Notes: generated from the letters alone by a model not told the origin. 64,000 nt of DNA from Botryllus schlosseri (GCA_051294905.1 CM119372.1:16990001-17054000), one strand, 5' to 3'. Counted from the stretch's first letter, positions 1 to 14,485 are shown. Numbers and translations: made by a program.

Positions 1-176
1 TCAATGTATTGCTAAAAGTTTCATCATTTCAATACACCACAAGAATGCGATACAATGAAATATATAGGAAGGTGTCGATACGACTTGGAGATCAGACACC
101 CACCTGGCCTATAGACGATGTAACAAAGGAAGCATGCAAATATCTCTACCACTTTCTCAGTTGACTTACTAGTCAT

Positions 177-2316
177 TAGGGATGTTGTGAACGCGAAGTT
201 CACGATCGCGTTCTGTGTGTGAACCTCAGAAATTTAGAGGTTCTCGTTCACAAACGAATCTTGGTAGGTTCTGCACTGTGAACCTTTTTCATATGTTACA
301 ATTTTCGCTTTATTATAACATCTTTGGTTGAAATTTATTGCATTTCAACTGCTGGCCACGCTATGCATGACGCTGGCAGCGTAAAAAAATCAACACTAAA
401 TGAGCATGCACCTTGACAATCTCCAAAATTTTACTTGCTTCGTTACAAAAGTTTGCTCGAAGTATCCAACTTTCCGTTTGTGAATATTTAGTGACTTCTA
501 TCTCTGATGTGAGCTTGACTCGCAATCACACAACATCAAGAGCGAAATACACTACATGTAGTCAGGGAATGATGCTTGTTCAGCCAATCAATGAGATTGA
601 TATCGTTGTCTGATGTAAAAAATCTGGCAGGAGTACGTTGTCAATCTTGACTTCATATGTTTACTGTATCGTGAAAACGAAATCCGTGCGATTGGGGTGT
701 TGGCTACTGCTGTGTAACTTGTTAATGGGGTAATATTGGTAGCAAATACAGAAACCCGTTTTACACTCTACTCAGTACCAACGTAGCAATACTCAGCGTG
801 CCAAAATGTCAACAATGTGAAATTATTACCAACTGGCGTGCCAAGCATTTTTAATATGTCTTACTTAGCGTTTCGAGCAAGGAATCCCACCAACCGGTTA
901 TCTGTACCTGGCAACGGCCTCGGTTACGACAGTGATTCTTAAATTATTGATTGCTACCGCACTAGACATATCGCTTTACGTACTATTTGAACCTTTTGTT
1001 TTCAGTTGCGCAATTATTCTGTGGTTGCTTTGGTCATTTCCAAGCAAACTGCGTTCGCTACCATATCCTATAAGTGACAGGCCAATCAATGTTGTTACGA
1101 TGATATGTCCTAATGATGAAAAATGTTCCTGCCCACTGTAGCAGTGTACCATACAAGTTTGATGTCACATTGAGGTTGGTCTGGCACTAGATTTGACTGC
1201 TAAGCTCCAAAGGTCGCGGTAAAGCGGTAAAGGTTGCCGTTGCTCCAGATATATTGGAATCACTTACACGTATTGGACGAAACTAAAATAATATCTACTT
1301 TTGTGAGATGAGCACGATTCCAAATCCGCATTTAGACACAGGGCTCATTATATTTTCCTCGGTGGGTCTCATTTGATACAATGTGGAACGTTTTGGTTAT
1401 TTTTTTTTTCTTCAAGGTTTTATTGCCGCTAATCATTTAGCAGTGCACACACCGCACGGAGTCGCATGCTGCCCGAAACGCAACGTCGATGTCGTGTCTT
1501 CTATAGCGTGGAAATATCAAGCGCCGAAATGCCGGCTCATTTCATCGTCGCGCTCCCGCAGGCTGCACATTGCACAAGCACACTCTCAGACTAAAGCACC
1601 AAAACGGTTTCATACGATGTCAAGTTGCGGTTCTTGCATAATTGATAATACGATTGGACTCATTTCTGTACCTTATACATATTCGTGGGGGGCTACCACA
1701 TTATAATCATGAAATCAGGTCCCAATAAATTCCGCGAAGCGCGGAAAACAATTTCAAGATAATTAAAATCTGCCCCAAAAGACTCTCTTTGATGTTGATT
1801 TACGAAATATTTGTGGGTCGCCTACGAGCTTTGTACATTTTAAAAACTTCTATTTCACTTTTTACTAAAACATGGTTGTAATACGTCGTTTGCGTCAAAT
1901 CATTTGGCGTGGCATGAAAAATCAGCTCGCGTGCCACAAATGGCACGCGTGCCGGGGTTTGCCGACCCCTGACTTACATTGTCCGGTCTGGCCTAGACCG
2001 TTAAGCCGTAAGCTTATATGCCCTTGCCAGTCCTAGTCGAAATTGTTGGCAAAACGACGGAAGATATTGAAGTTATGTGATCATTATATCATTCGATTGT
2101 TTCAGTTGATACATTGAGCGACGTTTAAAACGTCAATATTACTTCAGGGATGTGGCATTATGTGGCCCGAGTCGTCGCTAGGTATCGTATACATTAGAAT
2201 AGGTTATGACTTCACTGAAATATGGGGTTGGAATTAGCAATATGACATCACGTGACGTCATGAGGTTCACGTTCGCGTTCACGCAGAACATTTCGAAAAG
2301 GTTCACACCGCCCCTA
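177..2316 (+). mobile_element. hAT-type MITE family A (TIR TAGGGATGGTGTGAAC), interrupted by ~1.2 kb of other sequence (~800-1971) ending in a CAGGGGTCGGCAAAC-type terminus
   Basis: Degenerate TIRs at 177 and 2316; exact 8-bp TSD CTAGTCAT (169-176, 2317-2324); colinear with the uninterrupted copy at 23079-24082. Confidence 0.85.
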
Positions 2317-2749
2317 CTAGTCATAGAAATCAATAAAACAAATTCCAATGCAGGTAACGTCCCCGTATTGCCAGTCGCAGAGGTGAAGTGGGAATGTGTA
2401 CACCGGGCTCGAAGTAGATGGTTGTTATAACAACCTCGATTTGATCCCGAATATAGCACATACAATTATTATAGCTTCAATTAGTCGAGTGGTCCTCGAG
2501 CGCCATTCAAGCAATTTTCAATAGTGAAGTCCCTACCCGAACAAACCGTCCGGCCTTCGAAATCTTACCCCTTGTTTTTGCTACTGTCCTTGAAATATGG
2601 AGTGGGGCGCCAGACCTTGGCAACTTCCGAAAAGGGGCGCTGCAGGAAAATAGGCAGCTTCGCCCATGAGCATCTCTATCTGGGGTCGGGAACCTATGAC
2701 TCGCGAGTCATATATGGCACTTTTGATGATAAAATATGGCTCTTTGATA

Positions 2750-3191
2750 ATTTGGCCAAAGGCAACTTTACTGCCAATTTTGACCGGCTTGCCGATCGTT
2801 AAATTCGATAAAACGGGTATCAATGTAAAGCTGCTGCTGTACTGATTTCGAAAATACAAATTTTATTCTGCTCCTAGACCTGGCACCCCCAAAACGTACC
2901 TCGAATTTTGCATTGTGATCGAGTATTGAATTGTGACGCAACAATGCCGTCTGGCTTTTACTTTCTAGCTTCACTCTCGTTTTGCCAGACAAAATTGTTG
3001 CGTCACAATGTAAAAACTGGATCACAATCCAAAATTCGAGGCAGGTTTTGGGGGGTTCCAGGACTAGGAGCAGAATAAAATTTGTATTTTCGTAATCAGT
3101 ACAGCAGCAGCTTTCCATTGATACCCGTTTAATCGAATTTAGCGATCCGCAAGCCGGTAAAAAATGGCCGTAAAGTTGCCTTTGACCAAAT
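2750..3191. mobile_element. ~440-bp foldback MITE
   Basis: Arms 2750-~2955 and ~2983-3191 are imperfect reverse complements around a short spacer; no coding capacity. Confidence 0.8.
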
Positions 3192-3299
3192 GGAAAGTGT
3201 GACGTAGACCAATTTCACTGCGCCGTGAGATTTGCTTGTGTCCACGCGATATAGGACACTACGCTCGCAGCGCATCGAAAGTCATGCATGGGCGCAACA

Positions 3300-3560
3300 A
3301 GTGTCGGTTTCGTTTCTTCGACTTGATAGTCATCAGAGATGAAAATCCTTGCTTGTAGTCCCACGTGGAAGTGAAAATTAGCAACTGGGGAATAGCGTGA
3401 GAAGCTAGCGTCGAGTACGAGGAGGCCATGCTAAGCCAGAAGAAAATTGGAGAACAATCCTAGTGTTTCGTCTTTGGTGTCTGGTGATCTTGGATATCTA
3501 TGAACTCCTCTTGCTCCCCAGTCCCGACAGGCAGGTCGGCTGGATCAACAGAGAATGGAC
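3300..3560 (-). pseudogene. Decayed hAT (Buster/Charlie-like) transposase C-terminus; element terminus CAGTGGTTCCCAAC at 3779 (minus strand)
   Basis: Translates GPFSVDPADLP..EQEEFIDIQ..*..FFWLSMASSYSTLASHA..FTSTWDYKQGFSSLMTIKSKKRNR, matching the hAT dimerisation-region motif (STxxCExGFS..K.K.RNR). Confidence 0.75.
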
Positions 3561-4199
3561 CGGTCATGTAGGCACAACATGTCACAGTGGTGAGAAAAAA
3601 GACGTACCTTACCACGGACGTACCATCCGACGACGACGATGGCTTCAAAAAACTCAAAATAAATCCCGTCTGAACTAATAACTCTCTTCATTAAAAAAAG
3701 AAAGAAATCTACTCGCGTACCACCTGGAAGACCTTCGCGTACCACTAGTGGTACGCGTACCACATGTTGGGAACCACTGCTATACGAGTATACGGGTCCA
3801 GACTAACTTTAAGCAACAACGAGCAGCCCGGAGCTCTTGCAGCAAGCTAATCATGCTACTTCGGTATCGGTGTGATTATAGTCAGTTTTTTAAAGAACTG
3901 TCATTTAAGAAAAGCGTGGTAATCCACATATTACTCCTCCGCGACAATAGCAGATGTGTCAAAACTCAAAACTGAACTAATAAATGTAGAGTATGTATAT
4001 TTCGCTACAAAACATCTGTGCTACTATTGCTAGCAAGACTGAATCCGTCATATTATACTCACAACCGACATGAAAACTAAAAACGCTCTGGCCCAGTGTT
4101 CAGATCAGTGTCCGTTGTTTGATTTGTGTGATACCTTTTATACGTAGCCTACACCAGCATTTCCGTCAAGTTTACGGAAGGTATCTGAGCTGACATCAG

Positions 4200-4650
4200 T
4201 ATCAGTATAAGTTTATTAATATTTTCATCATTTCAGAACACCACAAAACTGCGATACAATGTAAAGATAGGAGGGTGTCGAAACGACTTGGAGTAGTCTT
4301 TGAGATCAGACACCCACCTTGGCCGAGGCGAAGTATAGAGAAGAGGCATGCACACTGAATGAAGAGTAAACCAGAGGATATAAAAGGCAAGCGACAAGAT
4401 GATGTGGCATGTGGCGGAAGGCGAGATCGATGTTGGGTCGTGGTACGGAAATCCAGAAGGCTGACTAGTATTCATTCAGAAGAAATTGCTTGTATTCTGA
4501 CTTGAATGCGGACATGCTCGACGAATGTCGGATAGCCGGCGAGATGCTGCTCCACAATTGGGGTTCGGCATACTTGGTAGAGCAATGCGTTTTCTTGTAT
4601 TCCGTCCTGATCATATGGTAGTTGTTCTTTCTCCGAGGTGAAGTAGTCGC
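4200..4650 (-). mobile_element. 3' end of L2/Crack-type (CR1 group) LINE; related 3' UTR pieces at 1-120 and 7620-7735
   Basis: ORF tail STKYAEPQLWSSISPAIRHSSSMSAFKSEYKQFLLNEY* resembles the conserved ORF2 C-terminus (Y.GP.LWN.LP..IR...FK..LL); 3' UTR repeated elsewhere in window. Confidence 0.65.
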
Positions 4651-5302
4651 TGAAATTAGAGGGAAATTGACATGTGGGCGACCGCATAGTATTTGTTTAC
4701 CGATCACCAGGCATGATTCTTTTTGGCATATGCCAAAAAGAGCTGATTTTTGGCATTTTTCAGATTTAATTTTTGGCAGTTTTGGCATCGCCATGAATTC
4801 ATGTTTGTATATCCGGATTAACCATGTAAAGCGCTTTACCCATACCAATGGTTAGAAATCGTCAGTGGCTTTGATATTCAATGAAACACGAAGAAACATC
4901 GAGGAAAGGACTGAACGCATGTATATTGTATATAGGGTAGGCCTACGCATGGATTGGGTGTTGCTTCTTGGCAACTGCGGGCTCTTGCACTGTGCATGTT
5001 CATTCAACTATCCCTGCGGTCAAACGCGACACAATTTATCAGTGATTGAACCATACAGATATTTTACAATAACAATAAAAGTGAATGGAATTATATGTAC
5101 GCATTGAGCTAAATGCAGCATGGGAGTGCGTGGCGGCGACATTATGTAGCAGAATGCACGCCCGGTGACAACAGGAAAATGCATATTCACTGAACTAAAT
5201 CCATAAATTACGGCTCTCATTCACGAATTCCAAAATATGCTGATCACTAACGAAAAGCCTGCTGTTGTGGATCACTTCGTAATCGCTGGATATGATCTAC
5301 AA

Positions 5303-6295
5303 CAATGATTCCCAAACTCGGCACCGAGAGCCGCATGCGGCTCCCAGCTAGCTTTCTTGCGGCTCCTATTGACGTTTGAAAATACCACAAATATATCAAA
5401 AAATCAATTTACAACAAAAAAAATTGAATTCGTTTTCAAGAGTTAGCCTTGCTCGACCTGGAGTCTGGGAGTTTGTAATTAGGGTGGAGAACAATTCATC
5501 GTGTAGCGAACTAGCGATTCTCTACTCAGCATCGGTTTCGTGAATCTACTCACGCCAAAAAGTATACTCTCACTCAAATGCGTTTTAATCGACACTCAAA
5601 TTTAAGTCAGCTCACCACCAGACTTAAGTACAGGTGGTGTTACAACACATTTTCCAACGGTATCTGACCATCAAACCGATGAATCATTTGATGCATACAA
5701 CAGGCTTAACAGCAACTTTATTGATGAGTTCAACCGCAGCATTGATGGAATGAATGCTTTCTTGCCCATGATGAAAATGTTTTCAAATCCCATCTCATAT
5801 AATGTGACCACTGCCACTAGTAATTTTTAACTTGAGTTGCTAAACATGCAGTCAGATATCGAGCTCAAGCAATTCTTTAAAAGTGAAGACCTATATTTGA
5901 ATTTTGTAGTCAAGTTCCAAGGGCAAACTTGATAACCAATGCCCAGAAAAAACGATTTTCTATTGTGATCAACTTATGTATGTGAAGATCTTTTGAGCAA
6001 AATGGTCACAATCAAAAATAAATATCGCAATCGATAGACCGATGACCACCTCAAGCAGCTAATGCGTACTTCATTCTCTGCAATTACGCTTTGCTTTAAC
6101 ACACATCTTGAAGCTCAAAGCCAAGTTGGACATAATTTATTTTTGTATTTTTTTTCTTGTTAGTGTTGCTATTCGTTGGTAAGTGCTTTCATGCTTTATA
6201 ATTTTTGTTTTAACTAAGGAGTGTATTCGTGGGCTCCAAACATACTCTGGAATTCGAAATGTGGCTGCGACACCAAAAAAGGTGGGGAACCACTG
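5303..6295 (+). mobile_element. Non-autonomous hAT element with transposase remnant (GTF2IRD2/Buster-like)
   Basis: TIRs CAATGATTCCC/GGGAACCACTG; TSD ATCTACAA/ATCTGCAA; internal LELLNMQSDIELKQ...STYVCEDLLSKMVTIKNKYRNR*TDDHLKQLMR. Confidence 0.8.
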
Positions 6296-8319
6296 ATCTG
6301 CAAACTAATCGTGGGTTGCTCAATCTACAGATTTGCCCTGAATCCAAATTTCATTACTCGACTTTTTCGCCTCGACCCTAATAAGATTTTCATTTGTGTT
6401 TCATGGACGACTTGGATAAGTCAAAGGCCCCTGAAGGGTTCGCGTTCACGGGCGTCGATTCAGGAATTATGCGGTACGCACTTGTTTTGTCGCTCCACAC
6501 AAACTCATTTCAATTCTTGTTGGCAATTTTACCGAAAACCTTCACACATATCTATATTCTCAAAAAGCCCTTTTTCTGGCATTTCCATTTTTGGGCAGTT
6601 GTGGCATCTGGTTCTCGAAATGTCAAAAATAATCATGTTACCGATTAACCATGCTGAGCTAGCTGCAGTATAGATCTATAACATTTTTGTAGTCACTGTA
6701 TTCCTGTAGCTACATCCTCGCAGAGGTCTCAAACAGGCGGCCCGCGAGTGCATTTTGTGCGGCCCGCGACGGCATTTTTGAATTCCAAGTTTTCAACAAT
6801 ATATTCAGGTGCGTGCCATTTATCTTTTTCAGACAGAAGAAATTAAAGTTCACGCTAAAACTACGATAAAAATCACGGAAATCTCAACAAACTTCACTGT
6901 CACATCACTTTCAAAAGCTACCATGCTGTAGAAGACCAGCTATATACGTCACATTTCTAGTTCATGATGATAAAACATGACCTGTTGATGATTCGTGATT
7001 GAAAATTGTGACTTGGTTAGATGAGACCTTTTCGTAAAATTACTCGATTTCGGATTGACTGGGTGATTAAATAAAAATGACTCGAGTTGAGTCAGGTCAA
7101 ACGTTAAAATCAGAGAAGGATTTGCGACTCCAGGAGCTTCTTTCCCTTTGCATTTGTTCTAATTTTATACACCTTCTCGGTATCATCTTTATCGCTGACG
7201 CCTTACCAATTACTTTTCATTTGCCTTACTCAGCTCTGAGTATTCGTTTGATTACACTTCATTGACTGTCTCGTAGAACAAAAAATTCAAAATGTTCTGT
7301 TCACCCCATGAAATTGTCAGTCTGACTATAGAAACGATAACTCCGCTTCCACTGGTTGGAATTGAGCCAAATTTCGTGAGCATCGTTTCTATAGAGAACC
7401 TGTCAATATCATGGGATGAACAGAAAATTTTGAAATTTGTTTCATTTATTTTTATATAATAAATAAAATACTTTCTTCTCCTGTAGCAATGCGGCTGCCG
7501 GTTGGAATCGAACCAAATTTGGTGTACAGGCTTCAATTAGGTCACCTAACAATTTTATCAAGTAGCCAGTAGAATTTGTGAAAAAAAATTCCTTTTTGAA
7601 CACCCATAAATTGCACACATTGCCCAGAACACACTGAATGAAAAGTAAGGAAGATAATCCTAAAAGGACAGGTGACAAAAAGGTGGCATGTGTCGGAAGG
7701 CGAGATCGATATGTCAGGTCGTGGTACGGTAAAGGTTGATAAAATATCTCAATAATACTCTATAATTTATTTTAATTTACGAAATAATATTATTGGGCCC
7801 GCTTCGAGCTCGCCGACAGTCAATTGGGGGGGGGTTGATCATTTGGTGTGCGACAGTTATGGCCCTGTCTAGAATGCAAATCTTTGGGTGCAAGGAATCG
7901 TTAGCTTTCAAGTTGGGCAACAGTACATTACATAATAAGCGAATGACGTCACATCTAAAATGAAAATTGTTGTCTGATGAGGCCCATTCATCGCAATCGT
8001 TATTCTGTCTTCCAATGTGTCTTGAAATATAAGTTCTGAGAAGCTAAATAAAAGTATTCGGGAGTAATCATGATAACTAGGACGATCTTTTTTTTTGACG
8101 TGTCAAAAAAAGTCAAAATTAGGTCAAAATTGTAGAGTTTGGTCAAAAAATATTAAATTTGTTTACAAAGTTAAAACTTTTTTGCAACCTGCATTTCATT
8201 TGTATCGTAGATTTTACACCTTCGGTGAACTCATCATTTGACATTTTACAGCTTGTAGCCTACTTTATAGGCCTACCGTTGTAGACGACCCGTTGTATAG
8301 TATATTCATATTGAAATGA

Positions 8320-8363
8320 ACCCGAATATTTTCGGCTGACACTCGTCAGGGGTAATCGTCAGC
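8320..8363 (-). ncRNA. Putative minimal type I hammerhead ribozyme (Penelope-associated)
   Basis: Minus strand ACCC-CTGACGA-GTGTCAGCC-GAAA-ATAT-TC-GGGT: conserved core, stem I ACCC/GGGT, palindromic stem III. Confidence 0.55.
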
Positions 8364-8464
8364 AACTAGTAGAAAAATGGAAAGAACATTGTATATCAAC
8401 AATCGTATCACAAAATATGACGTCACCAGCATGAAATTTCGTGAATGAGAGAGCGTTCAATGTA

Positions 8465-8925
8465 CTATTTTAGGTGGTACACGAACTCCTTTTGTTGACA
8501 GAGTTTTAGTTGGTGTATTTTGATAAAAGTCGACTCCAAGGCACACAAATGGAATTGTGAACGGCCTCGCCCAACGATTCGAAATCGGTCGTCTCGATAA
8601 TTATTCGCACAAATCGGATTATCTAACAGATGTTTGCCGATGGCAGAATTGATGGCCTTTGATCGATCAGCATCAATCTTAAGCGGATGATTTAAGGGTG
8701 AGCTTTTCACTGAGCGTGAAGCACGTGTTCTGATGAATCTCGGGACATGTTGGTTTATGCGTTCCTGCAGACATTTTGACGTTCTTCCCACGTAGCCACA
8801 ATCACAGTGGCACTTATATTCGTACACTATACATTACTTTGTTGAAGTGCAGGGAGAGCGTCTTTGCGTGTTGAAGGGAGCAGTTGTGTTGTTGTAAAAA
8901 TCACATTGGTTTTGACTGTGTCGTA
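8465..8925 (-). pseudogene. Penelope GIY-YIG endonuclease domain fragment
   Basis: KDALPALQQSNV / (frameshift) YEYKCHCDCGYVGRTSKCLQERINQH...SAIGKHLLDN...LESTFIK; CxC, YVGxT, RxxxH, H and LE motifs typical of PLE GIY-YIG. Confidence 0.85.
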
Positions 8926-9399
8926 ACTGCGAATAATTATCGAGACGACCGATTTCGAATCGTTGGGCGAGGCCGTTCACAATTCCATTTGTGTGCCTTG
9001 GAGTCGACTTTTATCAAAATACACCAACCAAAACTCTGTCAACAAAAGGAGTTCGTGTACCACCTAAAAATAGTACATTGAACGCTCTCTCATTCACGAA
9101 ATTTCATGCTGGTGACGTCATATTTTGTGATACGATTGTTGATATACAATGTTCTTTCCATTTCTCTACTAGTTGCTGACGATTACCCCTGACGAGTGTC
9201 AGCCGAAAATATTTTGGTTCATTTCAATATGAATATACTATTCAATTGTATATTGAAGTTCTGTACCTCCAAGAAGCTCTTCAAACGACCCATTGTCTGC
9301 ACATTGTGAATCATAAACATTCAAATGAAAGAAATAAGTTGACATGGTGTTATGCTCAACGTACCGCAATATCCCAACTGAAGCAAGACTGCGTGGGCA

Positions 9400-9636
9400 T
9401 TGCGTGGTTCTTATATCAAGAAGCGCATGATGAAAAATCGGGATGTAGACACCATTGCCAGAATGAAGCAACACGGTTTGTCACCAGCAGTGTGCCCACA
9501 ACTTCAGTGTTGTCAGCCAACAACCGCTGCTGTCGAACGTTCTTTCCCTATTCCTGGCAAGCTACTTAGTAAGGACAGACACTTTCTACCCGAGAATGTA
9601 AGAAAGTATCTTTCGTTGTTATACAACATTCTTTAA
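9400..9636 (+). pseudogene. hAT C-terminal dimerisation domain remnant
   Basis: QPTTAAVERSF...LLSKDRHFLPENVRKY resembles the hATC motif P.TSA.VERSFS. Confidence 0.65.
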
Positions 9637-11403
9637 TTATTTCTACCATAATGCGTAATGTAACTGTTAGAGTTCTTCATAGGGCCAGATTTCGTTAAAA
9701 TAAAGTTTTTTCATGTAAAAATTTGTCAGTTTTTGAGGCAACAAAAGTTTTTTTTCCAGGTCAAACTACTTCGTAAGGACAGTCAGTTCGAACCAGAAAT
9801 GAAGATAAGTAGTACAATTATAACATTATGTGGGAAAACACCTAATTTGCATACGTTAGGTTAAGTTTGGTCAAAATTAAGATTTTTAAGGTCAAAATCT
9901 TCCGTTTTCAGGTCAAAAAAATCGCCCTAGTGATTACTTTCTCATGTATTCGAAATCGACAACTTCGAGATTTTTCTATAATCGTAATCGTAATCGCAAT
10001 CGATTACATTCCTGAAGTAATCACTCCATGCTGAGTAGCCTACCACGTCCTGACCAACCCCCTATGTAAATATCATTTTGTCGATGTCTGACGAAAGGCG
10101 GACGCTACGGACCAAGTCATTCAATATTGGTGTGATCCAGACATGGGGTAATCGCGATTAGTAATCGTAATCGATTACAACGATTACAGCATTTTGAAGT
10201 AATCGTAATTGCAATCGATTACATTCGAAAAAAAATCCGAAGTAATCGTAATCGTAATCGACTACTTCACATATTTAATCGATTTCTTTGTGAAATAACG
10301 ATTACTTTTTATTTGTACGAGGACTATGACATAAACTGAACATTCACGAACAAGGAGATATTATACCAGGTTTATTGATAGCATCAATGTCAGATTTCCA
10401 AACGCCACTCCTCCTTATTACGTCAGAAGTATTGGCTTTGCTGGTTAGTGTAATTTTAAGAACACTCGCCATGCTGGGTATCAGGTTATCAATATACTGC
10501 AGACGCCACTGCCTCGCAGCAGGATAATATTCACCACCCTGCCTAGTTTCAAATAGTAACTCATGTATTGATGTTTCGTTATGTTTAGTTAAAAACGCAG
10601 TTTGACCGCTGTTGCTTGCCGAGCAGTAGGACTATGTACGTGCGTAATTACACCGGACAAAGATATAGCCATTCACTTACACAACTAGTTAGCCTGTGTT
10701 GTAGCTAGAATCAGTAGCATAACAGCACTTCGTCCCCACCACGTCAATTTTCAGGTTGATGACTTAATCTCGTCAGTAATATTAGTGATCGCATTATATT
10801 ACTATTCATTGTTAATCCTCTCTCAGCCCCGATGGTCACATTTACCGATAGAGCTGGGAGCACGAAATTCTTATATGTTGTTATAATTACTCTATTTTAG
10901 TTTCGTGATCTCTCGTCTGTTATATAATCAAAAGATGTTGTATAGTCGCCCAAACGTATCAGACTGAAACTTTCGTGAGATGCGCGAACAAATTACCATG
11001 TCTTCATTCCTCTGTGGGGTCCCGGGTGACATTTGTATTGTGGGGCTACGATTGGAAGGACAGGACTATTCGTCACGCCCATCTAGCGTGGCTATTGACA
11101 ACGGACACATACCTAGCGTTTCGGCCTAGGTATTTCTTTTGTAGCACACTTCGTGAAGTCGCGTGTTGGTCGAAACTGCATATGTCTTTTGGAGTGTCGT
11201 CACTGTCGTGACGCGGTAATGACCGGCACCGCAATGCCTATTCCTATGAATCAGACATGCTTTTTTCTTTGGGGAGACGTATGCATTTCAAAATCAAGCT
11301 ATCTGGATTCATTAAATCGCGAACCTCGAAGAAAATTTTCAAGTCTATTCAGTCTCTCAAAAAATACTCCATAATTTATGTTGATTTACGAAATACTTTT
11401 TAG

Positions 11404-13421
11404 TAGGGATGGCGTGAGCGTGAGGTTCACGTTCGCGTACTGCATGTAAACCTCAGAAATCTAGAGATTTCACGTTCACAAACGAACCTTCGTAGGTTCT
11501 GCACTGTGAACCTTTTTCACGTAGGCTATTACAATTTTCCACGTCATTATTACATATTTGGTTTAAATTCTTTGCATTTCAACTTCATGCCACTCTATAT
11601 GCAAGGCGCTGGCAGCATAAAAAATCAACACTAATCATGCAACTTGCCAATCTCCAAAATTTTCCCTGCTTTGTTACAATGCTTTGCTCGAAATATTCAG
11701 CTTTCCTATTGTAAATATTTATTAACTCTATGCTGTGAGATTGACCCACAATCACACAACATCACGAACGAAATACAGTATATGTATAGTGTCAGCGAAT
11801 GATGCTTATTCAACCAATATTGATATTGATATGAAGAATACGTCGTTCTCTTATGTAAAAAATCCAGCAGGCGTACGGTCTCCATCTTGATTTGCATAAA
11901 AAAAAAAAACAAATCTGTGGATTACGATTAGGGTGTTGGCTACGGCGGTATAACTTTTTCATTAGCTAATATCGGTAGTAGGGATGGTGTGAACCTCTGA
12001 AAGGTTCAGGTTCGTGTGAACGCGAACCTTTTTGAAAGGTTCTGTGTGAACACAAACGTGAACCTCGTGACGTCACGTGACGTCATATTGCTAATTCCAA
12101 CCCTATCTTCCAACGGAGTGATAGCCTATATTAATGTACACGATACCTAGCGAAGACTCGGTCGACATAATGCCACAATGCTGAAGTACATATCGGCGTT
12201 TTCAACGTCGCTTAATGTATCAACAGCGGTGATCAAAGGATATAATAATTGCTTAAAATCAGTACATTCCGTCGCTTTGCCAACAATTTCGACGAGGACT
12301 TACCAAGGAATATAAGCTTACGCCTTAACGGTCTTAGCCAGACCGGGCAATGTGTTCGGAGTTGGTCGCTATATTGATATTGAGCAGAGTGTACAACGGG
12401 TTTCAATACTCACTACCGATACCACAAACAACGACAAGTTATGCAGCAGCAGCAGCAAGCAATTTAATCGCACGGATTTGGTTGTAATGATACAGTAAAG
12501 ATATGAAGTCAAGATTGACCCCGTACGCCCGTTCGATTTTTTACATCAGAAGACGATATCAATGTCATTGATTGGTTGAATAAGCATCATTCGCTGCCTA
12601 CGTATATCGCTCGTGATGTTGTGTGATTGCGGGTCGAGCTCACAGCAGATAGTCACTAAATATTCACAAACGGAAAGCTGGTTATTCCCAGAAAATTTTT
12701 GCAACAAAGCAACTTACGGAAAGCTGGTTATTCCCAGAAAATTTTTGCAACAAAGCAACTTTAAAGGTTGTCAAGGTGCATGGTGCATGCTCGTTAACCG
12801 TTGATTTTTTATGCTGCCAGCACAATGCATGGAGTGGCCCGCACTTGAAATGCAATAAATTTGAGCCAAAGATCTTATAATGGAGTGAAAATTACAATTT
12901 ACCAAAAGGTTCACAGTGCAGAGCATACCAAGGTTCTGTTGTGAACACCAACCTCTAAATTTCTGAGGTTCACACACAGAACGCGAACGTGAACCTCACG
13001 TTCACACCATCCCTAATCGGTAGCAAGTATAGAATCCAGTTTTACACTTTGCTCAATATCAATATCGCAATAGTCGGACACCGAATACATTGTCCGGTCT
13101 ATCCTCGTCCATTAAGGCGTAAGCTTACATTCTCTTGCAATTCCTCGTCAAAATTGACGGCAAAGCGACGGAAGATATTGATTTTATGGGATTATTATAG
13201 CATTTTTTTACTCAAGTTGATATATTTTGTGAATTTTAAAAATTCAGCATGTACTTCAGTATTGTGGCATAATGTGGCCGGAGTCGTGTACGTACGTACA
13301 TTTATAAATCGCTTCCGAGATATGTAGAGTTGGAATTACCAATGTGACGACACGTGACGTCATAAGGTTAACGTTCGCGTTCACACGAATCTGAACCTAT
13401 CAGGGGTTCCCACCATCCCTA
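11404..13421 (+). mobile_element. MITE family A, outer copy
   Basis: TIRs; exact TSD CTTTTTAG (11396-11403, 13422-13429). Confidence 0.85.
11979..13015 (-). mobile_element. MITE family A, inner copy inserted in opposite orientation
   Basis: Perfect TIRs TAGGGATGGTGTGAAC; exact TSD ATCGGTAG (11971-11978, 13016-13023). Confidence 0.9.
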
Positions 13422-14038
13422 CTTTTTAGTCCCCGTCGAGCTCGTTCTAAACATTATTGGGGTGCGGAAGTTACGGTCGTGACAAGAATAGCCTACCAAT
13501 CGGTGGGTGCTAGAAATCATCCCTCAAATTGGACAATGGACCCTTTATGACGTAGCAAGCAAATAACGTATCATATACAAAGAAAGTTGCTTACACATTT
13601 AAGGCCTTCTGTCGCAATCCTTATATTGCCTTCCAAATATCTTCTAAGATTGGTTTTAAGAAGCAAAATTAATGTAATCGTGAGTAATCGTGATTACTTT
13701 TCCAATGTAATCGTAGTCGTAATCGACTACTTCCTGATTTTGCTGTAATCGTAATCGTAATCGTAATCGCGTGATTCATAAGTAATCGTAATCGCAATCG
13801 ATTACATTCATGAAGTAATCACCCCATGTCTGGTGTGATCACTGAAGTCCGTTTACTATACTATATTCATCCAGTCAATACATACGCATGGGCGAAATGG
13901 ATCACAGGTTAAGAGCACAATGATCTGAAGAATTTACTATGTTTTGGACTGGAGTGTATTGACTATTGAATATACTCAGAAATCATGTCTGGGACAGTTT
14001 CGCAAGCCTATGCACTTGGAGTACATTCGGGTTGTATG

Positions 14039-14485
14039 TGGGGTTGCATTTAAAACAAAAATCAATTCAAAACAAACATGTTTAAAACAAGGCCCTTGTT
14101 TAAAACATGATTTTTATTATTAATATTTTTTTTAATCCATGATGTCACGAAAATTCAATTGTGACGTCATATTGAATTGACATTTACAATTGAAAATATA
14201 GGGTAAATACAGCTCCTTTGACGAAATATCTGTACCATTGCTGTTGAATCGACGATATTTTGAGGGTTCCAACCGTGCCATATCGATAGACTTCGGCTGT
14301 ATCGGGTGGTAATTGTCCGTAGGCTCATACAACATGTTTTTTGGAAAGAATTTACACAAATATGGCATAATTTTACAACTTAAAAAAATCACTATTTATT
14401 TTTTAATGCCGCAATTTAAAACACTGTTTAAAACATGTTTTAAACAAAGTGTTTTAAAACACGGTTTGTTTTAAATGCAACCCTA
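14039..14485. mobile_element. hAT MITE (TIR TAGGGTTGCATTTAAAAC)
   Basis: TIRs; TSD GTTGTATG/GTTGTAGG. Confidence 0.75.

Larger units (their letters stand above)
8297..9284. mobile_element. Penelope-like element fragment with inverted partial duplication
   Basis: 8297-~8610 is the reverse complement of ~8928-9240; flanked by 12-bp near-duplication ACGACCC(G/A)TTGT (8285-8296, 9285-9296). Confidence 0.8.
8078..9929 (+). mobile_element. hAT-derived element (TIR TAGGGCGATTTTTTTGAC) carrying a Penelope insertion
   Basis: TIR-like ends; degenerate TSD ATGATAAC/GTGATTAC; second copy at 63527-64000. Confidence 0.7.
10138..13832. mobile_element. hAT MITE family B (GTAATC-rich subtermini) containing nested elements
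   Basis: TIR CAGACATGGGG/CCCCATGTCTG; exact TSD GTGTGATC (10130-10137, 13833-13840); (GTAATC)n arrays near both ends. Confidence 0.85.
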